A stretch of 62,402 bases of DNA from Octopus bimaculoides (Eukaryota), in NCBI RefSeq assembly GCF_001194135.2, contig NC_068982.1:104136357-104198758 (forward strand), given 5' to 3'. The notes under the pieces are model-generated. The model had not been told where the DNA came from and did not search any database. It was given only the letters and a program-made list of their open reading frames with translations. This document shows, one piece after another, positions 12,197 through 24,963 of the stretch. A program made the position numbers and the translations under genes. Positions within the stretch are counted from its first letter, which is position 1, and the number at the start of each line of letters is the position of its first letter.

Positions 12197-12745
12197 TGTA
12201 TAAACGATTTAAGTATTTATACACAAAAGAGGAAACCTTTGACAGGACACCTTACAGGTTAGAAAGGGCAGTCAAAGCCCAAAACACGAATAAAAGCAAT
12301 TTCAAAGAGAAAGAAAATAAAATATAGTTTTATAGTTACCCTCAAACTCGTGTTTCAGTATCAATGTGCAAATAAATTAATTTGCCATCCATACTTCATC
12401 AGTGAGGTCGCTAAAATTAATGCATGTGAGGTGTCCAGTCAAAGGTCACCTCTTTCATGTATAAATACTTAAATTGTTTATACAGTATTATATTATTATG
12501 CTTGCTAGCCACCGGTATGAAAACTTTTCTAAAATTTTCTACCCTTATTATTTTCACAGTAAAATTTTCGTAGTTTCAAAGCCTTTCTGATATGCAGTTT
12601 TAATTTCTTATTATTATTTGCTGCTAATGTAACTGTGCTTGTGCGGTGGATGTATGTAGCATGTGTGGTTTCGGTATTATTTGCTGCATAAATATGCGTT
12701 AATTTTTTCACTACAATAATTATTATGCAAAAGATTCTAACAGTC
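12197..12745 (-). mobile_element. Decayed Penelope-like terminus: GIY-YIG-like C-terminal remnant, HHR and ~55-bp inverted repeats
   Basis: Minus ORF ends VTLAANNNKKLKLHIRKALKLRK (resembles the GIY-YIG end L..E.N..KL.I.EAL.I.K); 12197-12252 is inverted relative to 12429-12484. Confidence 0.55.
12340..12407 (-). ncRNA. Type I hammerhead ribozyme motif
   Basis: Minus strand: stem I CCTCA/TGAGG; core CTGATGA; stem II AGTAT...ATACT with inner GCAAAT/ATTTGC; GAAA; stem III AC-ACGA-GT; GUU triplet. Confidence 0.7.
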
Positions 12746-13300
12746 ATACTTGGTTATATATAATGTGTGTGTGTGTGTGTGTGTGTGCATGTGCATGTGT
12801 GTGTGTGTGCATGTGTGTTTGTCTTGTGTGTATTATGATATAAAGATTGCTTAACTTGTCTTTACTTAAATCCATTCTGTGAATAATTTTCAGTTTACAG
12901 CAATTTCCTTTCAGCTGTGAAGCCAAACAAAGTAACACTGCTGCTTTGAGACCATATTGAATGTGAGAAGACATGAGTAACTAAATACTAAATCATAACA
13001 CCCTATATACGTATGTGTGTGAGAGTGTGTGCATATGAATGCCTGTGAGTGTGTGTGTGGGATGGAAGCCACAACCCAATGACTGAAGGGTTTTAGTCAA
13101 ATGCATCGACCCTCATAATTATTTTTAAAGCCTTGTACATATTTTATTGGCCTCTTTTGCCAAACTACTAAACCACAGTAACACAAACCAACACTGATTG
13201 CCAAGTGGAAGGGGAAAAATGCATGCATGTGTGCTCTCACACACACATACGCGTGTGTGTATGTGTTTATATATATATATGTCTGTCAATAGAGTGAGTA

Positions 13301-13871
13301 TATTATCTGAAGTGTACAGTATTATATATCCATCACGGCTGATCTTGCCAATTGGTTTCATGCTAGGGGTACAATGATGTGTTACGTAACAATCTGATTA
13401 TATAACCTTGTGCTCATCAGAGGTAGCCAATATGGAATGAAATATGGCGACAGCTCCGTTAGAGGTGAATGGATACATATGGTTTGCAGTTGCTGTGAAA
13501 AGATGATGAAACAAAATGAGTAAGGGATTAAGTTAAGAGTTATGTGTTCCAGAGGAACACCAGCCTGAAAAACGCACACATGTCCCACAAACACTTCAAG
13601 ATAGCTCTTAACAACGAAGTGACATAACTCTTAACATAATCCCCTACTCATTTCATTTCAACATCTTTTTACAGCAACTGCCAATCGGATATATCCATTC
13701 ACCTCCAACAATAGAGAGCAGTCACCATATTTTATTTCATATCAGCTACCTCTGATGAACGTAGAGTTATACAATTGGATTGTTACTTAACACTTCATAG
13801 CACTCCTAGTGTGAAACCAATTGGAAAGATTGGGCGTGATGGATATATATTACTGTACACTTCAGATAATA
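13301..13871. repeat. Foldback element with ~245-bp diverged inverted arms, each containing a degenerate HHR-like core
   Basis: Arms 13301-13545 and 13622-13871; CTGATGA...GAAACCAATTGG in each arm. Confidence 0.8.
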
Positions 13872-14520
13872 CACACACACACACGATGTGTTCATTTCAC
13901 AAGGCTTCAGTCAGCCCAGAGCTCTAGGTGAAGATGTCGAAGGTCCCACACAGTGGGAAAGATCCATGTGGTTGGGAAACAAACCTCATACCACATAGCC
14001 ACGCCTGCATGTGTGTATGTGTGTGTGTGTGTGAGTGTGTGTGTGCGCGCGTGTGTATTCTTTAATTCATTTATTCATTTACTTGTTTCAGTCATTTGAC
14101 TGTAGCCATGCTGGAGCACTGCCTTGAAGGGTTCTAGTTGAACAAATTGACCTCTGGAGAATGTATAAATGTGTGTATATACTAAAACTTGATAACAGCA
14201 GCTAGGCTCAATATAAAGCCATTTAAGAAAAATTTAATCATCACTAAGCATCCCCATTCACAATTAGTGACAGTTAAATTTTTCCTATATGGTTTTATAT
14301 ATGNNNNNNNNNNNNNNNNNNNNNNNNNNNNNNNNNNNNNNNNNNNNNNNNNNNNNNNNNNNNNNNNNNNNNNNNNNNNNNNNNNNNNNNNNNNNNNNNN
14401 NNNNNNNNNNNNNNNNNNNNATATATGAATGTATGTATGTATATATGTATGTATGCATGTACGTAGGCATCATATATATACACACACATACATACATACG
14501 TACATACATACATACATACA

Positions 14521-14552
<32 letters not shown>

Positions 14553-15495
14553 CGCATGCATACAGTCATGAGTGTGTGTGTGTGTGTGTGTGTGTGTGTT
14601 AAAAACGCCAGCCGTAAGACACCTATGAGTCACACATGGACTCCTCACCCATCTACCGATTTCTACAAGAAACCTCTATAAACCACTCAGAATAGCCTTG
14701 AAAGAATCTTACACTTAATGAACAATAATGTTACTGCAAAACTCCAATATAATTCGCACGATAAACCATCCATAACAGACTAATGTGGCAGAAACTACTC
14801 TGTTTACGCACTGTTAAGGAGCCACTGCAGTCCCCTGTGCTGTAGTTCTTTCTCCTTCCAATATGCATCTGCATTTAAATACCAGAAAATCTACCTTTCT
14901 TAAAGTACCTGTTTTTTTGTGAAGGAAAGAAAGCAATTGGGTTTTTGCTGAAGGTATGCTACTGTCGCAGTATACCTACCATGTACGATTAGTGCAGTCA
15001 GGCGTGACTAGAGCATGTTTACACCCATCCACTTCTATCTGTGTTGTATATGCAGAACAATCCACGTGTAGATTTGTAATATCTGTCCTTCGGATCATAG
15101 TATCAGTGTGTCCACAAAGTGGTAGCACCACAGGATTATTGTGCCATAGGGAAACCGAGTCACAGAGATTGTACAAGACAAATGACAATATGCGTATGCA
15201 TACACGAGAGTACATATATAAATGTTTATGAATAAAATACATATACAAGCAGGTGCACAACTATGTCAAACTCCTCCAACTTTCAGCAGTGAGGATAGAG
15301 GGTTTGATTTTCTTGAGCGCTGTTTCATGGTCTTCATTATCTTCACTAACACTGTTGTCACTAACCTGAGCTTCATTCGCTATTTTGTCTTCTATTAACA
15401 CTTTATGTCCAGATTGACCCTCTGTTTTATAACCAGGTTCTGACATAATTTTCTCTGGTATCTGTTTTGTTGCCAGGTCGGCTTGCTGCTTGAGT

Positions 15496-15986
15496 TAAGC
15501 TGGTCAATGAAAATATTATTTCGTTGGCTGCGTGGGTCATAACTTAAGCAACAAGCTGGCATTTAACTTGATGTTTATTCTTGGACATAATGATATTTGG
15601 TGTTGGCTATTTACAATGAACAATATTAGTAATTGACGAATAAGATAGAGAAAAAAACCGTACCGTGTCCGTTGAAGTTACTTATGAGACATTGTGGGAA
15701 TGTTCAGAATGGACCTGTCTGAGAACTTGGAGTTGTCTGCACAAATGTTCAGAACCGTTTGCATGACAAGAGTGGAGATGCGTGAGTCAGTCAGCTACTT
15801 CCAGCACTCAGTGATTGATTGAGCGCTGAAAACAGTTTTTATAGGGAACAGAAAGTCAGATTTTAGAACGTCCGAGAAAATCATATCACGCCAGTCTCAT
15901 GCTAAATTTATAGACCGATCACGTGAAACTATGGTGACTCATTCGTGGTGTCTGACCGAGTATCTAGCAGTTAGGGTTCGAATCCC
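15496..15986 (-). repeat. Unclassified ~490-bp dispersed repeat, copy 1
   Basis: Collinear similarity to 17300-17779 (-) and 28583-29080 (+), e.g. CTGCTAGATACTCGGTCAGACACC, CCATTCTGAACATTC, AATATTGTTCATT. Confidence 0.8.
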
Positions 15987-17299
15987 TCCTCAGTTCTAAT
16001 AATAAAACAGATAATTTACATAGAAATACAACAAATCAAAAGAACAAGAAAAAGAAAAACGTACTCCGTACAGAATAAACGCTAAAAAATATCTATGTAA
16101 CAATGATAGGTTCGTAAAATGTGCGTCATTCAACAGTTTTGTTTCATTCTTTTCTTTTTTTGCGGGGGCAGAGGACTGAGAAAAGCATTTTTTTTTTGTG
16201 TGTGTAGAAAAAAGTGAGTCTGAGTGTATCCAGAATGCAAAGCACTAATATGAGAAAGGGATACGACTTCTGCTACAGGAATTTTCAGCTCCCTTGATAT
16301 AACGTATATCAACAGTAAACTGGAATATAATCAAGGTGTTTTCTATCTCTTGGGGAACATTTACCTATGCTGGATTATATTGCGTAGGTTAGTGGTTGAA
16401 GATCAGCATACATGGCGAAGGTTTTCCCTTCCAAGAAATGGCATAAGAACTTTATTAACAAATAAGCTGCTTTTTCCCCGCATTTGAGCAACTAACTTGA
16501 AAGAACATAGTTGAGTGCATTTGTGTGAATTAGTACCAAAACGGTCCCAATACGACAAAACTATTGTGAGTCTCCCATGAGGACTGAATGAACGGTTTCT
16601 TCAAGTCATTTGGCCATGAGATCTTGAACACAAAGAATCGAAGTCGTTGCCATTGCGTGAGTCTGACAACGTCTGAATTTTATTTTCAGTCATCTTACGA
16701 AAAATCCCCAGTTCAGAGGAAAAAAGGAAGAGATGACAGTAAGAGGATAAGTATCCGCGTTACAGTATTGAAAGAGGAAATACCTTTAATACCGTGTGAA
16801 GTTGCCACATTTAAGCGCAAATGATTTGGAATCACTCAAACGAAAAGGATATGAAAAAATTAAATACCGGTTGCTACTGGGAACTCAGGAAAGTTCTGGA
16901 TAAAATTAACCTCGAAATCATGCATTTAAAGGAAGACGAGACTTTCTTCGGTGTTAAAAATAGTCACGTTAACAGACTTATAACTTCATTTCTTAGAAAG
17001 ATAGGGGTTGCAATAGTAAAGTTATGAGCTGCTGTTGTTGTTGGTGGTGATGAGAGGATTTTCATGAGGTTAATAAGTCGGGTCACTATTGTTGTGGCTT
17101 TTGCTGGCCTTTTCTTGAGTGGAACATCACCAAATGTCGAGAAGAGGAACATCGGTCGTCACCAATTTCGTGATTCTACTGGCTTTTTTTTTTTTGTCTA
17201 GGGTCACCAATGTCATGAAGTGAAGATGAACATCAGGGGTCACCAACATTGCGTAGGCTTGCTTGCTGCCTGTGTTGTGGAGAAATGTAAAAATCGCTG

Positions 17300-17779
17300 G
17301 ACCTTTGTTAGAAGAAAGCTGCGGGTAGAATAACTTAAGCGACAAGCAGGCATTTAACTTGATATTCATTGCCGATCATAATGAAATTTGGTGTTAGCTA
17401 TTAATAATGAACAATATCAATAACTGACAAATGAGATAGAGGGAAAAACTGTGCTGCGTCTGTAGAAGTTATTTATTAGATGTGTGAATGTTCAGAATGG
17501 GTCAGCTCGAGAACCTGGAGTTGTCTGTGCAAATGTGCAGAACCGTCTGCATGGCAAGAGAGGAGGCACATGTATCAGTCAGCTGCTTTTGACACTGTGA
17601 TTAATTGAGCACCAAAAACAGCTATTATAGGGGACAAGAAGTCAAATTTTAGAACATTCGAGAAAACCATATCACGCCTCAGCCTCAGGCTGATTGGTCG
17701 ATCAGCGTGACTGATCACATGAAACTGTGGTGGATCACTCATGGTGTCTGACCAAGTATCTAGCAGTTATGGTTCGGAT
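17300..17779 (-). repeat. Unclassified ~490-bp dispersed repeat, copy 2
   Basis: As for copy 1. Confidence 0.8.
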
Positions 17780-17989
17780 CTCTTACAGTTTCATCTTCCC
17801 TGCAGTATCCTATGAAAATCCCTAGCTTTGAATCCTTTAATTATATCACTTCCACATCATACAGAAGCTTTGTTTTAAGCATTGGCCACAATGGCTATCT
17901 TCAGTGCTTTCTATGAAGCTGATAAATTAAACATTATAGACTTGAGTTGTAGTTGTTGATGTTACCGACAGTTCCTTATCCACGTATAT

Positions 17990-19018
17990 CATACTAGGAG
18001 GTATAAACTTGAATTATACTTTGATCCATGGGCGGGATACCGAAGGTAACACTAGGTGACAAGAACATGCATTTTATTTTACCACCACCACTGACAAGTT
18101 GGCGAGCATCGAGGTGAGCAGTTGCGTTGTGCAAAATAAGAAGCGCTCACCTTCACCTCATTATCAAAAGGTTTGTGAATATCTAGTATTTACGTACTGA
18201 AGGAATGAAAGGCGTGAAATAAAATACTCATTAAAGATATTCATGTTGGACCATGTTTTCTTGGAATTGCAGCAATACACTAGCATCTGTTGCCTTGTCT
18301 TTCAAAATTCTCAGATGTGCTGACCTCAACACCACCGCTAACTTTAAGAGCTACATGGTGTTAAGTTCGAGTAACACGATGCAGCAAAATAATACGTTCA
18401 TTACTAAATTTACGAGCAGGTTAAAGAAGTTTCATTCTCAAAAACGTCGGCATTCTGGTTTCATTTCCATTGTTCACTTGGAAAATTAGGAAACCTTTAT
18501 ACTCAATAAAGTCATTTAACCTCTTCCTGAATGGGTCGATTTCCTTGGTTGGTTCGTTGCCTGTTTCACCATAGGTAATTTTATTACTCATCCTCTGGCA
18601 ATTTCTAAATTGCTTTAACCATCCGTAACTATCTTCGAAATTCTTGATGCTCACACGCCCAGTAACTTGGCAACAGTACAGAATTTCAATACAACTGACG
18701 TTGCTACATGATCCTTGATGGATAAACCAATTTGTCACTGATTACACAAGGTCTGTACCTTTTGCAACTTTCAAACACACCCTTGCACTAATAGATGATG
18801 ATTTATAATTTACATCAACATTATAATTCAAAGAAAATGCAATGCGCTTGTCCTTAGCTTTGCATCTAGCAGAACATATCAGAATTTCTAACATTATACA
18901 TTTCACAAACATTTGCCAGCAAAACACCATCTTCTAACTTCCCTATAAGTTCCAGTTCTTTGTTGGTGGATAGAGTCAGGTGCTTTTTCTGTAGATTATT
19001 ACACTTCCTTGAAGTCAT
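17990..19018 (-). pseudogene. Tigger/pogo (CENP-B HTH + DDE_1) transposase pseudogene
   Basis: KKHLTLSTNKELELIGKLEDG (HTH), VTNWFIHQ...FEDSYGWLKQFRN, ALLILHNATAH...KIKCMFLSPSVTFGIPPMDQSII (DDE); many stops and frameshifts. Confidence 0.85.
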
Positions 19019-19341
19019 GATATATGACTGAAAGATGACTAACCACTGAAATATAAACAAAAATTGCAGGGTAATACAATCTGTGTTGTGTTGCATACGA
19101 TGGTCGTTATCAAAGTGTGCCTGTGCTATCGTGCTGAATTAATTCGGCATAAATATTATCATAAAATTAAACAAACAAACTTTAGATTACATCGCTCTTG
19201 CTTATTCTTTGTTTCTGAGTATGTATTATTAAGCTTGAAAAGAATTACAGCTATATTTCATAATGATACTGCAAGAGCAAAATTATTACTTTAAAAAATC
19301 AGTTTCAGTTAATAAATTTCCACTATACAGCTCTTCACCAC

Positions 19342-21452
19342 TGTGGGATGACGTCAGCAGCTGGGGAGCTAACCAGAAGAGCAAGGGCGCGTAGGTGATG
19401 CGCGCGCAGGCAGGGGACGATTGGGCTTTTTCGATCGGGGTAGCCGAGAGCGCTGGACGTGTGAGCGCTTCGACAGGTGAGGGACAGAAGCTGCTATTCT
19501 TAGCGTTCGGGTCGGGCCACGTGGAAGGGTGTGTTACCACCAGGGAAGTCTGCGTCAACGAAGAGAAGGTAGGTGTCTTACTTCTAATCTCCCGCATACA
19601 CCACAAGCTATTTCGGCAATCCACATAAGACGTCACCACGATGGCAGCTAAAATTAGGATCGCCAGCGACATTATCAGGCCCTTTAATGGTGAGGGCGAT
19701 GTAGTAAAATCAGATGCGTAAAATCAGGCTTGTGGCGAGATTGCAAGGCATTAGCGACGTGGAGAGCCTTATGACACTATATTTGGAAGGGAGCGCTTTG
19801 ACTCTATATCTCGAGATGGATGAGAGGAAAGACTGAGCGAGAAGATTGAGCGACGTCTGAGAGAGTGTGAATATACAGCCTTTGTTAAGCTAAGAACGAT
19901 TAGATGGACGGGAGAGCAGGTGGATGAATACGCGGTGGAGGTGCGTAGCTGGCCACGCTGGCTGGGTTTACGGGAGAAGGCCTGGACAGAGCGGTGCGAC
20001 TGGCGTTCGTAAGTGGGTTCCCTGACGACTTTGGGATTCGACTGCAGTAATTGCCCGGGGGCAAAAAGATGGCACTGAGCGAACTTGTGACTCAAGCCCG
20101 CGTGTTGACGCGAAACACTGGACGGAAAGCGATAGCGATGGCGGTGACGGAGGCGCATAAAGACGGACGACGGCCGGAGAAAGACGCGAAGAAGCCTACC
20201 GTGCAACGACAGCGGCCGTTCTCAGGCCGGTGTTTNNNNNNNNNNNNNNNNNNNNNNNNNNNNNNNNNNNNNNNNNNNNNNNNNNNNNNNNNNNNNNNNN
20301 NNNNNNNNNNNNNNNNNNNNNNNNNNNNNNNNNNNNNNNNNNNNNNNNNNNNNNNNNNNNNNNNNNNNNNNNNNNNNNNNNNNNNNNNNNNNNNNNNNNN
20401 NNNNNNNNNNNNNNNNNNNNNNNNNNNNNNNNNNNNNNNNNNNNNNNNNNNNNNNNNNNNNNNNNNNNNNNNNNNNNNNNNNNNNNNNNNNNNNNNNNNN
20501 NNNNNNNNNNNNNNNNNNNNNNNNNNNNNNNNNNNNNNNNNNNNNNNNNNNNNNNNNNNNNNNNNNNNNNNNNNNNNNNNNNNNNNNNNNNNNNNNNNNN
20601 NNNNNNNNNNNNNNNNNNNNNNNNNNNNNNNNNNNNNNNNNNNNNNNNNNNNNNNNNNNNNNNNNNNNNNNNNNNNNNNNNNNNNNNNNNNNNNNNNNNN
20701 NNNNNNNNNNNNNNNNNNNNNNNNNNNNNNNNNNNNNNNNNNNNNNNNNNNNNNNNNNNNNNNNNNNNNNNNNNNNNNNNNNNNNNNNNNNNNNNNNNNN
20801 NNNNNNNNNNNNNNNNNNNNNNNNNNNAAAAACGTTGAAGGCCCTCATGGATACGGATTGCACGACCACCCTCGTGATTTCAAGGGTGCCGAAGAAATGG
20901 AATGGAGCAAGTAGCGTCCGGGTGGTCGACGGCAGCGAAATCCGATGCAAGAGCAGTAGCAATGTAGAGATAGCGGTGCGAGGCGCGACACTAAGACTGC
21001 AGGTAATTGTGGTCGAACACGTGATAGACGGGGTTGATGTGGTGATGGGGATGGACGCCATCAACCGCCTCGATGGTGTCAATATTGCAGGAGATGAGGT
21101 CACGTTCAGAAGCGTGGGGCCTCGTGCGCTGTGAGTCAGGATCGCCAGAGAGAGCAGAGCTCCGCAAGGGACTGCGCCGCTTACATCATTGAGGACAAGG
21201 ATTTTCAGGCGGCGTTCGATGGTCAGCGGTGGACGATAGAGTGGCGATGGAAAGAGAGCCTCCGATGCTGAAGAACAGGGTGAGCTGCTACCAGCGTACC
21301 CTGAAAGGTCACGCCAGGGTCGAGTTCGAAGACGAGGTAGAGAGATGGATCGAAGAAGGAGTCCTTGTCCCGTGGAAGGAGGAGGTGGTGAGCCGAGTGC
21401 TACCTCTGATGGCGGTGGTGCAGCCGACGAAAGGAAAAGTTAGACCGGTGCA
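19342..21452 (+). mobile_element. Ty3/gypsy LTR retrotransposon, 5' part (LTR, gag, protease, start of RT), 3'-truncated
   Basis: TGTGG start; gag ATG at 19641 (MAAKIRIASDIIRPFNGEGDVV...LYLEGSALTLYLEM); FSGRC zinc-knuckle start at the gap; retropepsin ALMDTDCTTTL...VDVVMGMD; RT start EFEDEVERWIEEGVL..PLMAVVQPTKGKVRPV; disrupted frames. Confidence 0.88.
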
Positions 21453-22568
21453 ATTCAATATGGGACATACAAAAAATAGCGACTGAAAATACCAGTGTGA
21501 AAATATTATCAAGTGGTTAGCAGAAAACCGTCCGGAGGGTGATATTTCTGCTAGTATATATAATTCTCTTTTACAAAGTTGCCTGAATACGAATGAAGCT
21601 ATAAAAGCCCATAGTATATTGGGTAAAACCCCTTGCACGGAAAAAAAGGCGCATAGCCACTCACGGGACTCAAAATTCGTTTATACCGTATCCCAAGGGA
21701 TTCTGATACAATTGCACCAAAGAGATTCCCTGGCTTTCAACTGCCCCAAGTAAAACGTGAAAGGAAGTTTGTTTACATTTAGATCGTAATCTAGAAGCTT
21801 CAAGAAATATGAAAATAAGTCTCTTTAACGAAATTTTTTGAATGCCAATGCAACCATAAATAACGCTGTGAAAATATTACATCCTTTACTACGTTCTCAT
21901 AAAATCCTGATCTTTGAATTATTTTCTTTTTCATACATAATAGAAAGACACTACCTTTTTGACAGCGATTCCATCTAGGTCCAATAATCTGATCCAGCTG
22001 CTTCTTTTAATGCAATTATGGGATAGTATGATTATGTAGATATATGTAGAGTTATAAATTTTAGGTGTACTAAGTAAGAAATTTACTTAGATTATACAGA
22101 GATGACGGGTTAGCCGTATCCAAAATGCCAGGCAACACATTCTAGATGCACTGGGAAAGGACATTATCCATAGTTCAATACTTTCAATTCAAAAATGATA
22201 TTCACAATATCAATTTCTTTATTAAGTACACTACAGAACACACTTATGAGAGAAGAAGGAATGATAGAAAGTAAGAAGAAAACTATTTGCACACGAACGC
22301 ACTACATTCATGAACCACCTCATAAAAGAAGTAGTTCACAGATATTACTGATATTAAGAATGGGCATGTGATAAAACAACAACCACTTGAGTCTAAGGAA
22401 TCTGGTTTGATCATATTTTAATGAATGTTTATTTTTATTTGTGTATATATGGTAATGTTAATAATAATGATGATGACGATGATGATGATGATGATGATAA
22501 CAATAATAACAATAATAACAACAACAATAACAAGAACAACAATAACAACAACAACAACAACAATAGCA

Positions 22569-23125
22569 ATACACTGGAAGCTATATCAACACAATGGAAT
22601 AACAACCGAAAAAAGATGATATAAGCACACGCCAGAAAAGGTCACAGAAAACGAGAAAGCAACCATACTATGGGATATGCCAATACACACAGATAGAGAA
22701 ATTAAGGCCAACAGGCCAGATATAGTTGTCAGATATCATGAAGAAAAAAATGCTTTCTAATTGATGTATCAATAGCAGCAGATGATAACGTCTCTCTAAA
22801 AGAAAATGGAGAAACTTTCGAAATACAAAGACCTGGAAATAGAGGTAACTCGAATGTGGAATCTAAAAACAGAAACAATTCCTATCATAGTGGGCGCCTT
22901 AGATATGATAAAAAAATATTCAGACAAATACATAATAAAAACACCAGGACTTACAAATATATATAACATACAGAAAACTGTACTACTTGGGCACTGCACA
23001 CATCCTATGCAAAACACTTTCAATACAATAGCCATAAGAGCATCACAGCAAACCACAGCACATACCCAAGGCACACAGAGCTGCGCTCAGTAGTGAAGTG
23101 AAAGCACGTTATAAAAATAAAACAA

Positions 23126-23128
<3 letters not shown>
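22569..23128 (+). mobile_element. R4/Dong-type non-LTR retrotransposon, 3' fragment (subfamily A)
   Basis: ILWDMPIHTDREIKANRPDIVV...LIDVSI..EKLSKYKDLEIEVTRMW (RLE); 3' UTR followed by (AAT)n; preceded by AAT/AAC tract. Confidence 0.88.
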
Positions 23129-23193
<65 letters not shown>

Positions 23194-23194
<1 letters not shown>

Positions 23195-24694
23195 CAGTAA
23201 AGATATCGGAATGGAATTCGAAACTAAAATATGTGGTATGCTTATAATACAAAGAGCCAGTGTCGACTGATGGTGCAGAGCTACCCAATGGCGAGAAAAT
23301 GAAGGGTATTGAGACTAATGGATATAAATATCTGGGCATGCAACAAAATCCAGGAAAGTGAAATGAAGGAAAGTTTTAGGTGTGAATATCTCAGAAGAAT
23401 CAAGTTAATTATGGGAAGAAGACTCAATGGAAAAAACAAAATCAGATCAATGAACACATGGCCTGTTTCCTTAATGCGATATGGCACAGGTGTTGTTAGG
23501 TGGACAAAGAGCGAGCTTGAAGAAAACTAGAAAAGTGATAACAATTAGCAATGAACTACTCCTTAAGAGCGATACCGACGGACTGTATGTACCTAGAGAC
23601 ATGGTTGGAAGAAGTCTCATAGGATGCAAGATCTGTGTTGTCAACGAGAAAAACAGTCTTGGATAGTACATCAAACAGCAGAGTGCATGCTTGCTTGCCG
23701 CTGTTAGAATTAACAATAAAATACCTACCAAAACTATGATGCACCCACAAACATTTAAGAAACAAGATGAAGAAGAAAGAGTAAACAACTGGAAAATGAA
23801 ACCATTGCATGGGCAATACCTTAGAGAAATCGAAGGAAAAGACAAGATCAACAATTGTAGATGGCTAAGAGAAAGGTGATCTGAAAGGATGCACTGGGGC
23901 ATTGATATGCAGCGCCCAGGAACAAGCTCTGAGAACTACTTACACCAAGTTCCAAACAGATAAGAGTAGCGAATCACCCCTTTGTAAAATGTGTGGCAGC
24001 AGAAACGAAACACTATCGCATATTGTGAGTGAGTGTAGCAAGCTGGCCCAAAAGCACTACAAAAGAAAGCACGATAACGTGACTTGGTTTGTCCACTGGA
24101 GGTTATGTAAAAAGTACGGCCTAAACAGAGCACAGAAATGGTACGAACATGAACCAGAAGGAGTCCCCGAGAACAGCGAACATAAGATACTGTGGGATTT
24201 TACAACCCGATGTGAATCTCTAATTGAAACTCAGTGACCAGATATTGCTGTGGTAGATAAAGGAAAAAAAAGAAAATCAAGATCATAGATATTGCAATAT
24301 CTGGAGATGTACGCGTAAGTGATAAAGAACTAGAAACGATTGAAATGTACAGACTTCTAAAAGACAAAATTGCAAGAATGTGGACTATAAGGAGAGTGTC
24401 TGTCATTCCAGTAGTTGTAGGGGCACTAGGAGTACTAACAACCAAGATCAAGAAATATGTCAAAGAAATCAGAATTGACATAAGAGCAGAGCAAGCCCAA
24501 AACACTGCTCTGCTGAGGACAGCTAGGATTTTGAGATTGGTACTTGGATGTTGAATGTCTCACACGAAAATTAACAACCAAGTATCAAGACTTATAATGT
24601 GCGGAAAGAGACCCCGTGAGATCTCTGACAGCAGGCTGCTGTCCGCTCTCACAAAATCGACCACAACAAGACCGAACGTTCTGAGAAGTAAAAC
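23194..24694 (+). mobile_element. R4/Dong-type non-LTR retrotransposon, 5'-truncated (subfamily B)
   Basis: RT thumb GYKYLG..EYLRRIKLI; CCHC finger CKMCGSRNETLSHIVSEC; RLE PDIAVVDK..IIDIAI; flanked by (AAT)n on both sides. Confidence 0.9.
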
Positions 24695-24722
24695 AATAAT
24701 AATAATAATCATAATAATAGAA

Positions 24723-24892
24723 ATATCCTACAATCTAGGTGTATTGCAAAAGTGGCATTACTTGAAGCTGCACTCTTATTGCGTAAAGTACTGTCTGTCT
24801 GAGGTCTTTGTTGTGACTTGACAAACAGTACAAACCCCGGTAGACAATATTTTCAATCAACAACATCACGATATTGTATACTGTGCAACGTC

Positions 24893-24893
<1 letters not shown>
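24723..24893 (+). mobile_element. Short R4/Dong-type 3' end (subfamily C)
   Basis: LQKVALLEAALLLRKVLSV* resembles the C-termini of the other copies; followed by (AAT)n 24894-24958. Confidence 0.6.

Positions 24894-24963
<70 letters not shown>

Noticed and set aside
14976-15120. YTTQIEVDG resemblance to Ras/Rho GTPase switch region
   Set aside because: No P-loop (GxxxxGKS/T) or DTAG motif in any nearby frame; treated as chance.
15924-15995. GGTTCGAATCCC tRNA T-loop-like box
   Set aside because: No acceptor, D or anticodon stems can be folded; it is the edge of the 490-bp repeat.
20051-21103. 200-350-aa ORFs spanning N-gaps (also 31036, 40973, 49058, 56520)
   Set aside because: Length is an artefact of N runs lacking stop codons.
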